From contig CAIUQE010000049.1 in NCBI GenBank assembly GCA_903901225.1, positions 5,003-69,002 on the forward strand: a DNA stretch of 64,000 bases, in the 5' to 3' direction. This DNA comes from Candidatus Omnitrophota bacterium. GTDB taxonomy: Bacteria; Omnitrophota; Gorgyraeia; Zapsychrales; Fredricksoniimonadaceae. A program made the position numbers and the translations under genes. The notes under the pieces were generated by a model. That model made no database searches. It was given only the letters and a program-made list of their open reading frames with translations, and was not told the origin of the DNA. This document shows, in pieces, positions 36,811-47,926 of the stretch. Numbering within the stretch: the first letter of the stretch is position 1; each line of letters opens with the position of its first letter.

Positions 36811-38178
36811 ATGATGCGTTATGGTCTGGAAGAAGCCAGGAAAAAGTTATTGCGGGATCTTGAAAAAGAAACCTCTGATCCCGCGGCCCCGCCATCGTTC
36901 CCGGTTGTCGTCCGGTTGAAACTTCCGGTCGTTGACATCGACCTTCTGCAATGGCTGCGGGGGCAGAAAGATGCCCGCAAGGTCTTCTGGCATTCGCCGG
37001 ATGAAGTTTTCACGGCGGCAGGTATCGGAGCCGCGTTCGAGGTTTCGGCGGAAGGATGGTCCGGGTTTGAGGAGGCGTGGGGTGATGTCCGGGAGTTCAT
37101 GGACGCGTGCCCCCAGGCCAGGCTTTTCACGGGGATGAGTTTCGCGCGCTCCATGACGGGGGCCGAGTGGCAGGGCTTTACGGCCCTCAAGTTCATTTGT
37201 CCGGCGGTCGAGCTTACGCGGGACCGGGAAGGTTGCTGGTTGGGTGTCAACGCGGTCCGGGGGCGGGATGGCGAGCCTTTTGGGCCGGTATCCCGCGCGA
37301 CGCTTGAAAACATGCGGTTCACGGAGCAGATATCCGATGAGGACGCGGTCACGCTCTTCCGTGAAGATGTCCCTGATTACGAGGATTGGCTCTGCTCGGC
37401 GGACGCTGTCCTCGGCGCGATGGAAAATGAAGGCGTGGAGAAGGTGGTCATGGCCCGCCGTACGACGTTCGGATTGCAGGGGCCGTTCTCACCGGAAAAT
37501 TCTCTCGCGATGTTCATGGAAGGGCAAAAGAAAGCTTTCATGTTCTCCTTCACGATCGACGGGAGGTCTTTTTTCGGTTCATCGTCAAAACTTTTGTACA
37601 GCCGCCGCGGTTTGCGCGTGCAAAGCCGTGCCATTGCCGGAGGCCGTCCGCGCGGGAAAGATCCTGCCGAGGATGATGAATTGCGCGCGGACCTTCTCAA
37701 GTCGGGCCAGGACCAGAATGAGCATCGCCTGGTGGCCAAGGCGATCATCGAGGTGTTCCGCGAATTTTGCCGTTCTTACCAGGTGGATTGTGAGCAGGAG
37801 GTCATGAAGCTGAAGCGTTATCAGCATTTGCTGATGAAAGTTTCGGGCGTGGCCAATGAAGGGATAACGGACAAAGAATTCCTCCTCGCGCTCCATCCGC
37901 CATCCATTGCCTGCGGTGTCCCGGCGGAAAAAGCCCGGATGTTCCTCCAGGAGTACGAGGTTTTTGACCGCGGCTGGTTTTCGGGGTCCGTAGGGTATTT
38001 GAGCCGTGAACAGGCCGAGTTCGCGGTCGTGACGCGGGGGTGCCTCCTGGAACAGGGCAAGCTCCATGGTTACGCGGGGGTCCCGTGCGTCAGGGGTGCT
38101 GACCCGTTTGCTTTGTGGGAGGCGGCGGCGGGTGAGATGAAGGTCAGCATGAACATTGTCCGGGGCGTCCGGGTTTGA
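36811..38178 (+). CDS. Isochorismate synthase (MenF)-like chorismate-binding protein with degenerate active site
   Basis: KVVMAR, EH..V, HL, LHP..CG.P, RGW.SG fold motifs retained; several catalytic residues substituted. Confidence 0.75.
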   Translation: MMRYGLEEARKKLLRDLEKETSDPAAPPSFPVVVRLKLPVVDIDLLQWLRGQKDARKVFWHSPDEVFTAAGIGAAFEVSAEGWSGFEEAWGDVREFMDACPQARLFTGMSFARSMTGAEWQGFTALKFICPAVELTRDREGCWLGVNAVRGRDGEPFGPVSRATLENMRFTEQISDEDAVTLFREDVPDYEDWLCSADAVLGAMENEGVEKVVMARRTTFGLQGPFSPENSLAMFMEGQKKAFMFSFTIDGRSFFGSSSKLLYSRRGLRVQSRAIAGGRPRGKDPAEDDELRADLLKSGQDQNEHRLVAKAIIEVFREFCRSYQVDCEQEVMKLKRYQHLLMKVSGVANEGITDKEFLLALHPPSIACGVPAEKARMFLQEYEVFDRGWFSGSVGYLSREQAEFAVVTRGCLLEQGKLHGYAGVPCVRGADPFALWEAAAGEMKVSMNIVRGVRV

Positions 38179-38197
38179 AAGGAAGGAACAATAAATT

Positions 38198-39316
38198 ATG
38201 ATCTCGCCAGCCATGATCCTTAACGCGCGGATCCTTGTCGTTGAAGACGACAAGATGAGCCGCAAGCTCCTTGTCAGGATACTGACATCGTCAGGGTTCA
38301 AGAATGTCCACGCGTTGCCGAATGCCACGCGCCTGCGCTCTTACTACGCGAAGTTCAAGCCCGATCTTCTGATCCTGGACCTTGTGTTGCCCGGCGGGGT
38401 GGACGGGTTCCAGGCCATGCAGTATTTGCGCGAGGACCACCCTGAAGATTATCTGCCGATCCTTGTCATATCGGCGGAAGCCCGCGACAAGGTGCATTTG
38501 CGCGCCCTGGCGTCCGGAGCCAAGGATTACCTGTCGAAACCCTATGACGCGCCCAAGGTGATCTTGCGCTGCCGCAACCTTATTGAAGTCCGCCTTCTTT
38601 ATGTGGCGTTGCAGGGCAAGAATGAGGAACTTGATGCCAAAGTGCGTGAACGCACCAGGGAACTGCGGGAGACGCGGCTCGATGTCGTACGGCGCCTGGG
38701 TTACGCGGCGGAATGCCGTGATACCGATACGGGGCAGCATATCGTGCGCATGAGCCGTTACTGCGCCTGCCTCGCGCGCGCCATGGGCATGTCGGATGAA
38801 GAGTGTGACCTTGTCCTGGCCACCTCGCCACTGCATGACATCGGCAAGATCGCCATCGCGGACAGGATACTTCTCAAGACGGGGCCGCTGACCCCCGAGG
38901 AATTCGCCGTCATGAAAACACATACCACGATCGGCGCGGAGATCCTTTCGGGGGGGAATTCGTTGTTCCTGAAGATGGCCGAGGAGATCGCCCGGACGCA
39001 TCATGAACATTGGGACGGGAAAGGTTATCCTGACGGGCTCAAAGGCGACGAGATCCCCCTTGTCGGAAGGATATGTGCCGTGTCAGACGTGTTCGATGCC
39101 CTCACCTCCGCGCGCCCATATAAACAAGCCTGGTCAGTGGACGACGCTGTTAAAGAGATCAAAAAAATGAGCGGCAAAAATTTTGACCCCGCGGTGGTGG
39201 ATGTTTTTACGGCGATCCTGCCGGATATCTGTTCGATCAAAAAGGACGTGGACGCGATGGTCGGCCGGGTCGCGCGGGAAGTGAAGGCCAAGTTTTTATT
39301 GACAGATCCCCGCTGA
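38198..39316 (+). CDS. Response regulator with HD-GYP c-di-GMP phosphodiesterase domain (RpfG-like)
   Basis: REC (VVEDD, LDL, KP) + HDIGK, HHEHWDGKGYP, DVFDAL, RPYK. Confidence 0.93.
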   Translation: MISPAMILNARILVVEDDKMSRKLLVRILTSSGFKNVHALPNATRLRSYYAKFKPDLLILDLVLPGGVDGFQAMQYLREDHPEDYLPILVISAEARDKVHLRALASGAKDYLSKPYDAPKVILRCRNLIEVRLLYVALQGKNEELDAKVRERTRELRETRLDVVRRLGYAAECRDTDTGQHIVRMSRYCACLARAMGMSDEECDLVLATSPLHDIGKIAIADRILLKTGPLTPEEFAVMKTHTTIGAEILSGGNSLFLKMAEEIARTHHEHWDGKGYPDGLKGDEIPLVGRICAVSDVFDALTSARPYKQAWSVDDAVKEIKKMSGKNFDPAVVDVFTAILPDICSIKKDVDAMVGRVAREVKAKFLLTDPR

Positions 39317-39321
39317 TTCCC

Positions 39322-39350
39322 TTGCATTAGCAAAAACGTGACTATATAAT
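39322..39350 (+). promoter_or_regulatory. Putative sigma70 promoter for gltA-pepA-fumC
   Basis: TTGCAT-N17-TATAAT and GGAGG RBS before ATG 39396. Confidence 0.65.
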
Positions 39351-39395
39351 AAAAAATCGTTGGGATAAATCCGCAAAATTACGGGGAGGTCGCTG

Positions 39396-40715
39396 ATGGA
39401 ACATCATTCTCAGGCAGGTCAGCCCGCGAAGCTCATCCTTGACGGGAACACGTTCGAGCTTCCCGTGGTGGTGGGGTCCGAGGGCGAAAAAGGGATCGAC
39501 ATCTCCAAACTCAGGGGGCAGACCAATTATGTCACCCTTGACCACGGTTTTGGCAATACCTCCAACTGCGAGAGCGCGATCACTTACCTCGACGGTGACG
39601 CTGGCATCCTGCGTTACCGCGGGTATCCCATTGAACAGCTGGCCGAGAACACCAGTTTCCTGGAAGTGGCCCACTTGCTGATCTACGGCGAGCTTCCGAC
39701 CGCGGATGAGTTGAGCCATCTATCCGAACGTTTCACCGAACATTCCATGCTCCACGAGGACATGAAGAGATTTTTTAACGGGTTCCCTTCTTCGGCGCAT
39801 CCCATGGCGGTCTTGGCGTCGATGATATGCTCCCTCTCGGCATTCCATCCCGGGATCGACATGACGAACCCGACAGGGGAGGATTTTAACCGCATCGCGG
39901 CGCAGCTCATGTCCAAGGTGCGCACGATCGTCGCCTTCGCCCATAAGAAATCGATAGGCGAGCCGTTCATTTATCCGCGCGGCGACCTGGAGTATGTGCC
40001 GAACCTCCTGAACATGATGTTCTCCTCACCGACCAAGGAATACAAGATCTACGATGAGGTCGTTCAGGCGATGAAGGTCCTTTTCATCCTGCACGCCGAC
40101 CATGAGCAGAATTGCTCGACATCGACGGTGCGCCTTGTCGGCAGCGCCAGGACGAACCTTTTTGCCTCGGTCTCCGCCGGTATCTGCGCGTTGTGGGGCC
40201 CGTTGCACGGCGGGGCGAACGAGGAGGTTATCCACATGCTGGAGATGATCCACAAGGATGGCGGCGGCATCGACAAATACATCGACATGGCCAAGGATAA
40301 GACCAAGAACTTTCGCCTGATGGGCGTCGGCCACCGTGTTTACAAGAGTTACGACCCCCGCGCGAAGATCATCAAGCAGTGCGTCCATGACCTTCTGGGA
40401 AAGCTGGGGATCGACGATCCTTTATTGGAGATCGCGATCAAGCTCGAGGAGCGCGTTCTTAAAGATCCGTATTTCGTGGAACGCAATCTTTATCCGAACG
40501 TCGATTTCTATAGCGGCCTCATTTATAAGGCCATCGGCATCCCCAAGGACATGTTCACGGTCATGTTCGCCATCGGCCGCATGCCGGGTTGGATCGCCCA
40601 CTGGAAAGAGATGATGGAAGTTCCCGGCGGCAGCAAGATCGGCCGTCCGCGCCAGATCTATGTCGGGCCAACGAAGCGTGATTATGTGCCTATCATCAAG
40701 AGGGGGTTGGCGTGA
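39396..40715 (+). CDS. gltA: Citrate synthase (type II)
   Basis: LRYRGYPIEQL, HADHEQNCST, GPLHGGANE, GHRVYK, YPNVDFYSG, RPRQIY. Confidence 0.97.
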   Translation: MEHHSQAGQPAKLILDGNTFELPVVVGSEGEKGIDISKLRGQTNYVTLDHGFGNTSNCESAITYLDGDAGILRYRGYPIEQLAENTSFLEVAHLLIYGELPTADELSHLSERFTEHSMLHEDMKRFFNGFPSSAHPMAVLASMICSLSAFHPGIDMTNPTGEDFNRIAAQLMSKVRTIVAFAHKKSIGEPFIYPRGDLEYVPNLLNMMFSSPTKEYKIYDEVVQAMKVLFILHADHEQNCSTSTVRLVGSARTNLFASVSAGICALWGPLHGGANEEVIHMLEMIHKDGGGIDKYIDMAKDKTKNFRLMGVGHRVYKSYDPRAKIIKQCVHDLLGKLGIDDPLLEIAIKLEERVLKDPYFVERNLYPNVDFYSGLIYKAIGIPKDMFTVMFAIGRMPGWIAHWKEMMEVPGGSKIGRPRQIYVGPTKRDYVPIIKRGLA

Positions 40716-42163
40716 TCAGATTTTCTTCCCATGCGACATTCAGGCATCCCGCGGCGCTTGTCCTGTTGACGGCGTCACAGGCTAAAACGAAAAAGTTCAA
40801 GGCGGCCCCGGCGGAAATTGCCGCGGCCGTTACCGAGGCGCTGGCCCAGGAGCGTTTTGAAGGCGGTAAGGGGGAGTTATTCCCTGTGGTGGCCGATAAA
40901 CGCCTTGTCGTCCTTCTTGGCCTGGGGAAGGAAGAAGAGCTGACACTCTCATCCTTGCGCGTGCTTGTGCGCAGGGCGCTTTTGTCGGCGTATTTCAAGA
41001 AAGCCGCGGATATCGAATTGCTGCCGCATCGGGACAGCGTTGAGGTGGTCCAGGCTATCATTGACGCCCAGATCATCGGTACGTATGCCTGGAAGAAATA
41101 CGTCACAAAGAAAAAGGATGACAAGACCGTTGAAAAAAAGACGGTCCATGTTGTTGCCGCCTCCAATGATGGCTACGCCGAAGCGGTCGCCATCAATGAG
41201 GCGGTCAATTTTACGCGTGATCTGATCAATGAGAACGCGGATGTGACGACGGCTGAATTCCTTGAAACCACGGCCCGCGCGCTGATCCACGGCAAGGCAG
41301 GCGTCACGATCGAGGTCCTTGACCGCAAGAAACTGCGGCAGAAGAATTTTGGACTTCTGCTTGCGGTCAATAAGGGCAGTGCCCATGAGCCGCGGGTCGT
41401 TACTGTCAGGTATAACGGTGGAAAAAAGAACGATCCTTATATCGCTTTTGTCGGCAAGGGGCTCACGTTCGATTCCGGCGGACTTAACTTGAAACCATCA
41501 GGGAGCATGGAGACCATGCGTTCCGATATGAGTGGCGCCGCCTCTGTGCTGGGCGCGCTGAAGGCGACCCTGGCGCTCAAGCTGAAAAAGAATGTTATTT
41601 TTGCGTTTGGCGCGGCGGAAAACGCTATCGATGCCAATTCCTATAAGCCCGGAGATGTTTTCGTGGGTTATGCCGGTAAATCGGTCGAGATCGGTAATAC
41701 GGATGCCGAAGGGCGGCTTGTTTTGGCCGACGTCATCGCTTATGTCATCGATGTTCATAAGCCTTCGCGCCTCGTTGATCTTGCCACGCTCACCGGGGCA
41801 TGCGTCGTCGGTCTGGGGAATGATTACGCGGGGCTTATGTCCAACAATGATGATCTTGCCGCCTTAGTGGCGGCATCCGCCGAGCTGACCGATGACAGGG
41901 CCTGGCGTTTGCCTCTTTATCCCGAGTTGAAGGACATGATCAAGTCCAAGATCGCGGATATCAAAAATATCAGCAACCAGCGGGGTTCCGCGGGCGCCAT
42001 GACCGCGGCGGAATTCCTGCATAGCTTTGTCGGGAAGACCCCGTGGGCGCATCTGGATATCGCGGGGCCTTCGTTCGTTGACGGTGACAGCCGGATGTAC
42101 TATGGCCACGGGGCCACGGGTTACGGCGTGCGCCTGTGCGTGGACCTGATTAAAAAGAGCTGA
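40712..42163 (+). CDS. pepA: Leucyl aminopeptidase (M17)
   Basis: [40 protein letters not shown]. Confidence 0.95.
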   Translation: MIRFSSHATFRHPAALVLLTASQAKTKKFKAAPAEIAAAVTEALAQERFEGGKGELFPVVADKRLVVLLGLGKEEELTLSSLRVLVRRALLSAYFKKAADIELLPHRDSVEVVQAIIDAQIIGTYAWKKYVTKKKDDKTVEKKTVHVVAASNDGYAEAVAINEAVNFTRDLINENADVTTAEFLETTARALIHGKAGVTIEVLDRKKLRQKNFGLLLAVNKGSAHEPRVVTVRYNGGKKNDPYIAFVGKGLTFDSGGLNLKPSGSMETMRSDMSGAASVLGALKATLALKLKKNVIFAFGAAENAIDANSYKPGDVFVGYAGKSVEIGNTDAEGRLVLADVIAYVIDVHKPSRLVDLATLTGACVVGLGNDYAGLMSNNDDLAALVAASAELTDDRAWRLPLYPELKDMIKSKIADIKNISNQRGSAGAMTAAEFLHSFVGKTPWAHLDIAGPSFVDGDSRMYYGHGATGYGVRLCVDLIKKS

Positions 42164-42164
42164 C

Positions 42165-43553
42165 ATGGAATATCGTATCGAATCCGACAGCATGGGTGAG
42201 GTGAAGGTCCCGGCGGATATGTTTTACGGGGCGCAGACCCAAAGGTCCCGCGAGAATTTCCGTATTGGCGGAGAAACCTTTCCTCCAGAGTTCATTAAAG
42301 CGCTGGCGCTTGTTAAAAAGGCTTCCGCCCTGGCCAATGCCCGTCTCGGATGCCTTGACCCCAAAATAGCCGACGCCATTGTCGTTGCCGCTGATGAGGT
42401 TATCCGCGGGGAACACGCGGCGCATTTTCCGCTGGTCATATGGCAGACCGGCAGCGGGACCCAGACCAACATGAACGTCAATGAGGTCATTGCCAACCGC
42501 GCCTGCGCGATCATGGGCGGTGTGATGGGGAAGAAAACGCCGGTCCATCCGAATGACCATGTCAATAAAGGCCAGTCTTCCAACGATGTTTTTCCGACCG
42601 CCATGCATATCGCGGCAGCGGAAGCTGTCCATGCGACGTTGATCCCCGCTTTGACAGGATTGTTGGCTGTTGTGGAACACAAGGCGGCGGCTTTTAAGGA
42701 TATCGTCAAAATAGGGCGGACCCATTTGATGGATGCCACGCCGTTGACCCTGGGGCAGGAGTTCTCGGGTTATGCCCGGCAGGTTGCCAATGGTATTGAG
42801 CGGCTGAACGCGGCCTGGCCCCGCCTGATGGAACTGCCGCTGGGCGGGACGGCGGTAGGAACTGGCCTGAACACACACAGAGATTTTTCAGTGATCGCCA
42901 TTGGCGTGATCGCGGAGGGTTCGCATTTGCCGTTCGTTCCCGGGCGTAACCAGTTTGAGGGGCTTGCCGCGCATGATGCCATGGTCGAGCTTTCCGGCGC
43001 GCTCAAGACCATTGCCTGCTCGTTGATGAAGATCGCCAATGATGTGCGCTGGATGGCCTCCGGCCCGCGTTGCGGCATCGGGGAAATTGATATTCCCGAG
43101 AATGAGCCGGGGAGTTCCATCATGCCTGGCAAGGTCAACCCCACCCAATGCGAAGCTTTGACCATGGTTTGCGTTCAGGTGATGGGCAATGACACCGCGG
43201 TCACCTTTGCCGGCGCGTCGGGGAATTTTGAGCTCAATGTCTATAAGCCGGTCATCATTTCCAATATTTTGCGTTCCATCCGGCTTCTTTCCGACGCCGC
43301 ACAGAGTTTTACGGAAAATTGTCTTAAGGGTCTTGAGGCCAACGAGGCGCGTATTAACGAGCATTTGCAAAATTCCCTGATGCTTGTGACGGCCCTCGCG
43401 CCGCATATCGGTTATGATAAAGCCGCCAAAGTCGCCAAAAAAGCTCACGTTGAGAACAAGACGCTCAAGGCCGCGTCCATTGAGCTTGGTTTTGTCACGG
43501 CCGAGGAGTTTGACCGTTTTGTTCAGCCCGCTCAAATGACACGACCCGAGTGA
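42165..43553 (+). CDS. fumC: Class II fumarate hydratase
   Basis: [40 protein letters not shown]. Confidence 0.98.
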   Translation: MEYRIESDSMGEVKVPADMFYGAQTQRSRENFRIGGETFPPEFIKALALVKKASALANARLGCLDPKIADAIVVAADEVIRGEHAAHFPLVIWQTGSGTQTNMNVNEVIANRACAIMGGVMGKKTPVHPNDHVNKGQSSNDVFPTAMHIAAAEAVHATLIPALTGLLAVVEHKAAAFKDIVKIGRTHLMDATPLTLGQEFSGYARQVANGIERLNAAWPRLMELPLGGTAVGTGLNTHRDFSVIAIGVIAEGSHLPFVPGRNQFEGLAAHDAMVELSGALKTIACSLMKIANDVRWMASGPRCGIGEIDIPENEPGSSIMPGKVNPTQCEALTMVCVQVMGNDTAVTFAGASGNFELNVYKPVIISNILRSIRLLSDAAQSFTENCLKGLEANEARINEHLQNSLMLVTALAPHIGYDKAAKVAKKAHVENKTLKAASIELGFVTAEEFDRFVQPAQMTRPE

Positions 43554-43566
43554 TCCCAGAGGCCTT

Positions 43567-43923
43567 ATGCCAAAGAAAACCGCCCAGAAAAAGATCCCTG
43601 AACGCCGCGATGGTTGCCGTATCAATCGTATTGTGGCCGTGAGCCATCGCTTGGCTGTCGCCAGGAAGAACAAACCCCTGGCGGCTTGGAGCCTTTCGAC
43701 GACGAAGAACATGAGCCACAGCGGCCTTTTGTTCGTGAGCGCCGTCCCGTACCGCAAGAATGCTGTCCTTGAGCTTCAGGTCGTCATGTCAGGGATCATC
43801 GATCTTTATAACGGGCAGGCCATGGTGATGCGCGTCCAAGAGGTCGGCAATACCTTGTTCGAGATCGGCGTTAAATTCCTTCCATCAAGACAGCCGGCGC
43901 GCCGCGCGAAGGCGTATCGTTGA
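43567..43923 (+). CDS. PilZ-domain protein
   Basis: RRDGCR (RxxxR) and NMSHSG ([D/N]xSxxG) c-di-GMP motifs, IGVKF. Confidence 0.8.
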   Translation: MPKKTAQKKIPERRDGCRINRIVAVSHRLAVARKNKPLAAWSLSTTKNMSHSGLLFVSAVPYRKNAVLELQVVMSGIIDLYNGQAMVMRVQEVGNTLFEIGVKFLPSRQPARRAKAYR

Positions 43924-44070
43924 TGAAGTTTCCCTCCTTATGAATGTTGATGGGCTGAGGTACTTTTTTCCCTGAAAATATGAAGTTAGGAGGGGAGAGT
44001 TTATTTCATATCCCCGTTAGTCGTTCAAAGGGCGTTACCTGACCGGTCGGTATACCTTAAGGGGACGTTT

Positions 44071-44463
44071 GTGAAAGCAACACATGTGATCCTTGTGCTT
44101 ACAAGTTTGTTACTAGTGCTTGTATTGGATGAGGTGGTAATAAGAATTTCTAGTAATTTTGTTCCAAAGTACGATATCGAGATGACGCGGCACGCTACTC
44201 TCTTAAAGGTAACGAGTTTGGATCAAGATCAAGGTTATTATCATGGAAAAAATGCCAAAGCTCATTTAATGGGAGTGGATATAGTTACGAATTCTTTGGG
44301 TTTGCGTGATATTTTTGGGAAAGACAACTGTTTAGTTTATTATAAAAAGCTTTATAAAGATTCAAACCTTGGATGGGCGCGGTGCAAAGGTGCTATGTGG
44401 GAATTGTATAATTTCTGCATGAAGAAAAAAGTTCTTGATGATTTTTATCCTGGAGTTTCATGA
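44071..44463 (+). pseudogene. Remnant of membrane-anchored SGNH/GDSL-type protein (internally deleted)
   Basis: TM anchor ..LDEVVIR and IVTNSLGLRD pre-catalytic motif, but no GDS block and only 130 aa. Confidence 0.45.
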
Positions 44464-44563
44464 TCTAAGCGATTTTTATTCGTTTTAACGGTAGCATGAG
44501 CGGGTTGGGGATTTTATCAATATAAGATCGATAAGGGACTGCTGGAATAAGGTTTTTTGAAAT

Positions 44564-46129
44564 ATGTCGACAAAAAGACCGGGACATTTCTCTGGCGAAG
44601 TGAAGAAAATATTTTCCGGTGATATTTATCTGGTCTTGATCTTATTCATGGCCGTGGCGCTGCGATTTTATGGCATCCAGAATAAAGGATTGTGGGCGGA
44701 TGACGCGTATGGCGTAAGCTTTATTTCCTATCCATGGCATGATCTGTGGGGCCATCGTTATCTTAACCGGCCGCTATATTTTGTTTTTTTGAAACTGTGG
44801 AGTGGTTTATTTGGTGTTGGGGAATTTTCTCTCCGATTCCCATCTGTTGTTTTCGGTGCGCTTTCCGTGCCTGCCTTATATCGTCTGGGGAATATGCTTT
44901 TCGATAGGAAGACCGCTTTGATCGCGGCATTCCTGCTCGCGGTTTCGCCGTTTCATATCTACTGGTCTCAAGAAGTCCGCAATCTTTCGCTCGCCGTCCT
45001 CTTATTCCTGGTCAATATGTGTTTTTTCTTTAGTTTGATCAAGTTTAAGGAAAAGAAGCATTATCTTGGACATGCGGTCAGTGGCATTGCTTTATTTTAT
45101 GCCCATCCGATGGGGTTGTATTTGATGCCTCTCCAATATTTATTTTGCCTGCTGGCGTTCGATAAAACCCGATTGCTCAATGACCTAAAACACTGGATCA
45201 TTTTATTGGTAGCCATGTTGCCCGTTATTTTTCTTTGTTTGGATGATCACGGCAAAAACATGTTTGTTTATTTGCACAGGTCACTTTTCCAAATATTCGA
45301 GGCTTTTAATTTTGGCGGACCTTGTCAGGCGCATGGCCAGTCTGGTTTTTTGATCCCTGCGGGCCAGCTTGTTATTCCCCGGGTGCTTGATGTTCTGTTT
45401 TTATGCTTCTTTTTCTTGGGGTTTAAGATCTTGCTCGAGAGAGGAAGGTCGCCTGATAACAAAGATGTTCGTAATAAAACAATATTTTTGTCATTGTGGC
45501 TGGCGATCCCGCTCTTGTTCCCGTTTTTTTTATTGAGGCATACTGTTATTGCTTTGCCGGCCTATTATTTGATCGTGGCCTTGGGTTTTGCTTCTATCAG
45601 GAACAGGGGAATTTTCATGATGGTTTTTATCATAATATCGGTTCCCTTGGGCTTTGCGTTACGCAATTATTATCATCTTGGGAGTGCAAGGGTTTCTTGG
45701 AGAGAGGCGGGGCCCTATGTGCATAGAAATATTCAAAAGAATGATGTGGTTGTATTCGTTCCCACGGATCAGATGCCGCCTTTTTTCTATTATTTTAGTG
45801 ATAAGCCAGATGGGAAAGTGATCAAGTATATTGACAGAAAAGGATATTGGACAGGAAGTGGTTTTAAGCGTCAGTTTTGGGTCGCAGATAATCTTTATGT
45901 AGGGGTTGATCTGTTCGCAGAAAAAGTTTTTATTAATGCAAACCCGTTGGCCCTTTTCGCACAACAGAAACGAAGTGTATGGCTTGTGATATCGCCATAC
46001 TGGTTTGGCGTGGATCCGGGAGTTATTCAAACGTATTTTGAACAATATTACAGCCAGGATTCACGCATGATCCTGGATTATAATGGTGTCGAAGTGCGTC
46101 ATTATCAGCCAAAGGCCGGTGTAAATTGA
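44564..46129 (+). CDS. GT-C fold glycosyltransferase (ArnT/PMT, GT39-like)
   Basis: LRFY..LWADD, PLYF, LRFPS..G, SPFHIYWSQEVR; multiple TM helices. Confidence 0.85.
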   Translation: MSTKRPGHFSGEVKKIFSGDIYLVLILFMAVALRFYGIQNKGLWADDAYGVSFISYPWHDLWGHRYLNRPLYFVFLKLWSGLFGVGEFSLRFPSVVFGALSVPALYRLGNMLFDRKTALIAAFLLAVSPFHIYWSQEVRNLSLAVLLFLVNMCFFFSLIKFKEKKHYLGHAVSGIALFYAHPMGLYLMPLQYLFCLLAFDKTRLLNDLKHWIILLVAMLPVIFLCLDDHGKNMFVYLHRSLFQIFEAFNFGGPCQAHGQSGFLIPAGQLVIPRVLDVLFLCFFFLGFKILLERGRSPDNKDVRNKTIFLSLWLAIPLLFPFFLLRHTVIALPAYYLIVALGFASIRNRGIFMMVFIIISVPLGFALRNYYHLGSARVSWREAGPYVHRNIQKNDVVVFVPTDQMPPFFYYFSDKPDGKVIKYIDRKGYWTGSGFKRQFWVADNLYVGVDLFAEKVFINANPLALFAQQKRSVWLVISPYWFGVDPGVIQTYFEQYYSQDSRMILDYNGVEVRHYQPKAGVN

Positions 46130-47127
46130 AAAGCATCCTTTTAAAAGTCAGTCTTATTCTTTTGGTTATAATCATTTCATTTCTATGCCTGGAGTGTTGC
46201 CTGAGGTTGTTCCCTTTGAAGCGGTCTGCATATCCGATTGATGCTTTTGAGTATGATGCCGCGTGTATGGTGAGTTTCAAGAAAGATCTGAACCGTTTCA
46301 TAACTACGGATTATCAGCAAGAACTTCATACAAATATGCTGAGGACGGTAAACTTTCAAGAAGATTTCTCCGGTTATCAGGATTTAATATTTGCTTTGGG
46401 AGATTCTTACACACATGGGACGGGTTTGCCTGTTGACGCTGCCTATCCCTTTCAGCTAGATCTAATGTTAAATTTTAATAACGGAGTTTATACAAAGAGA
46501 TACGGCGTTGTAAATTTAGGCCATGATGGGATAGGCGGAAAACAAGCGCTCTGTATCCTTAAGAAATACTCAGCCTGCCTTAAAAACCCAAGATTTATTT
46601 TATATCAGGGGTGTGATAATGATTATATTGATGATTTTGTCTATTCAGAATTAGCTCAAGTTATGCCTTTTTCTGGGAATCCTCGTGTCACCGGGGTCCT
46701 GCAGTGGTTTGTGGAGCATTCTGAAACCGTTGCTACTTTGTATAAAGTGTATTTTGGTCATTACAGGAATCAAATCGCAAACCATATTCGATTTTCTAAT
46801 AGGGGGGCCTTGCAGGAGCCTGTGCTTAATGAATTGAAAGCATTGGCGGATACGTTGAATGCCAGGCTCATTATTACATGGGCGGATATTTACTCTGAAG
46901 ATGCCTATTATTGGGTAAGATCCTGGGCAGAAAAGCATGACGTATTGTTTGCCGACTGGGCAAAGGGCGTTAAGTCAACGGAACATGAGTTATCAGGTAT
47001 TCCCTTGAAGAACCATCATTCTGCCGGGCATTACAGGACTTGGGTGAACTATATTATTGCAAGATCATTTGAGGATAAGATTAAACAGGTCAATGATCAA
47101 GTATTAACTGGTAATAAGGGCCTTTAA
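46126..47127 (+). CDS. Membrane-anchored SGNH/GDSL hydrolase or O-acyltransferase
   Basis: ALGDSYTHG, VVNLGHDG, ND, C-terminal GH. Confidence 0.75.
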   Translation: MKSILLKVSLILLVIIISFLCLECCLRLFPLKRSAYPIDAFEYDAACMVSFKKDLNRFITTDYQQELHTNMLRTVNFQEDFSGYQDLIFALGDSYTHGTGLPVDAAYPFQLDLMLNFNNGVYTKRYGVVNLGHDGIGGKQALCILKKYSACLKNPRFILYQGCDNDYIDDFVYSELAQVMPFSGNPRVTGVLQWFVEHSETVATLYKVYFGHYRNQIANHIRFSNRGALQEPVLNELKALADTLNARLIITWADIYSEDAYYWVRSWAEKHDVLFADWAKGVKSTEHELSGIPLKNHHSAGHYRTWVNYIIARSFEDKIKQVNDQVLTGNKGL

Positions 47128-47873
47128 TGGATCTGAGCGTCATTATTCCTGTTTATAACGAGGCATCAAGCATCCGGCCCCTCTATGAGGAGCTCAACAG
47201 GGTGCTCCCAGAGCTCTTCGGGCTTAATTATGAAATTATATTTATCAATGATGGCAGTGAAGACGCGACGGCTTCGCAAGTCGCGGGGGTTATGAAAAAC
47301 GATAGTCGTGTATATTTAATATCATTTACAAGGCACTTTGGGTTAAGTGCCGGGTTAGCCGCAGGGTTTGAGTTTGCCAAAGGTGAAGTGTTCGTTTCCA
47401 TGGACGGAGATCTTCAACATGATCCTCAAGATATTCCCAGGTTGTTGCATGAATTGCATAAGGGTTATGATCTGGTGTGCGGCAATAGAAAGATGCCCCG
47501 GTACACGTCATTTACAAGAAATTTATGCTCGCTTTCTGCAAACTACATCGGGCGGATATTTTTTGGAGTGCCTATCCATGATCTTAGTACGACGTTCAGG
47601 GCTTACAGGTCTGCCACGCTGAAAAGCCTGCTGATATTCAATGGTGCTCACCGGTTTATCCCCGTTCTGGCTTGGATGAATAATTTTAAGATCAGTGAAG
47701 TTGTCGTTTCTTATAGATTAAGGCAACACGGATATTCGAAAGTTCGGATCATTCCGCGGTTATTCAAGGTTGTATATGATGCCATCTTGATCAGGATTAG
47801 TTTTTTTTGTGTTAAATCTTGCAGGGGCATTTTCTTCAAGAAAGTCCAATATGACATTCAATACAAACATTAA
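47127..47873 (+). CDS. GT2 polyprenol-phosphate glycosyltransferase (ArnC/DPM1-like)
   Basis: IIPVYNE, INDGSED, MDGDLQHDP, HRFIP, R.HG.SK. Confidence 0.9.
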   Translation: MDLSVIIPVYNEASSIRPLYEELNRVLPELFGLNYEIIFINDGSEDATASQVAGVMKNDSRVYLISFTRHFGLSAGLAAGFEFAKGEVFVSMDGDLQHDPQDIPRLLHELHKGYDLVCGNRKMPRYTSFTRNLCSLSANYIGRIFFGVPIHDLSTTFRAYRSATLKSLLIFNGAHRFIPVLAWMNNFKISEVVVSYRLRQHGYSKVRIIPRLFKVVYDAILIRISFFCVKSCRGIFFKKVQYDIQYKH

Positions 47874-47926
47874 ACGGGCTCTGTGAGCGCGCATTGTTTT
47901 TTAGTGGTAAATGGGCCAGGTGAATA

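Noticed and set aside
43929-44000. Imperfect inverted repeat (TCCCTCCTTA..TTAGGAGGGGA) at the island edge as an att site or IS end
   Set aside because: Short and imperfect, with no integrase, transposase, tRNA or matching partner in the window
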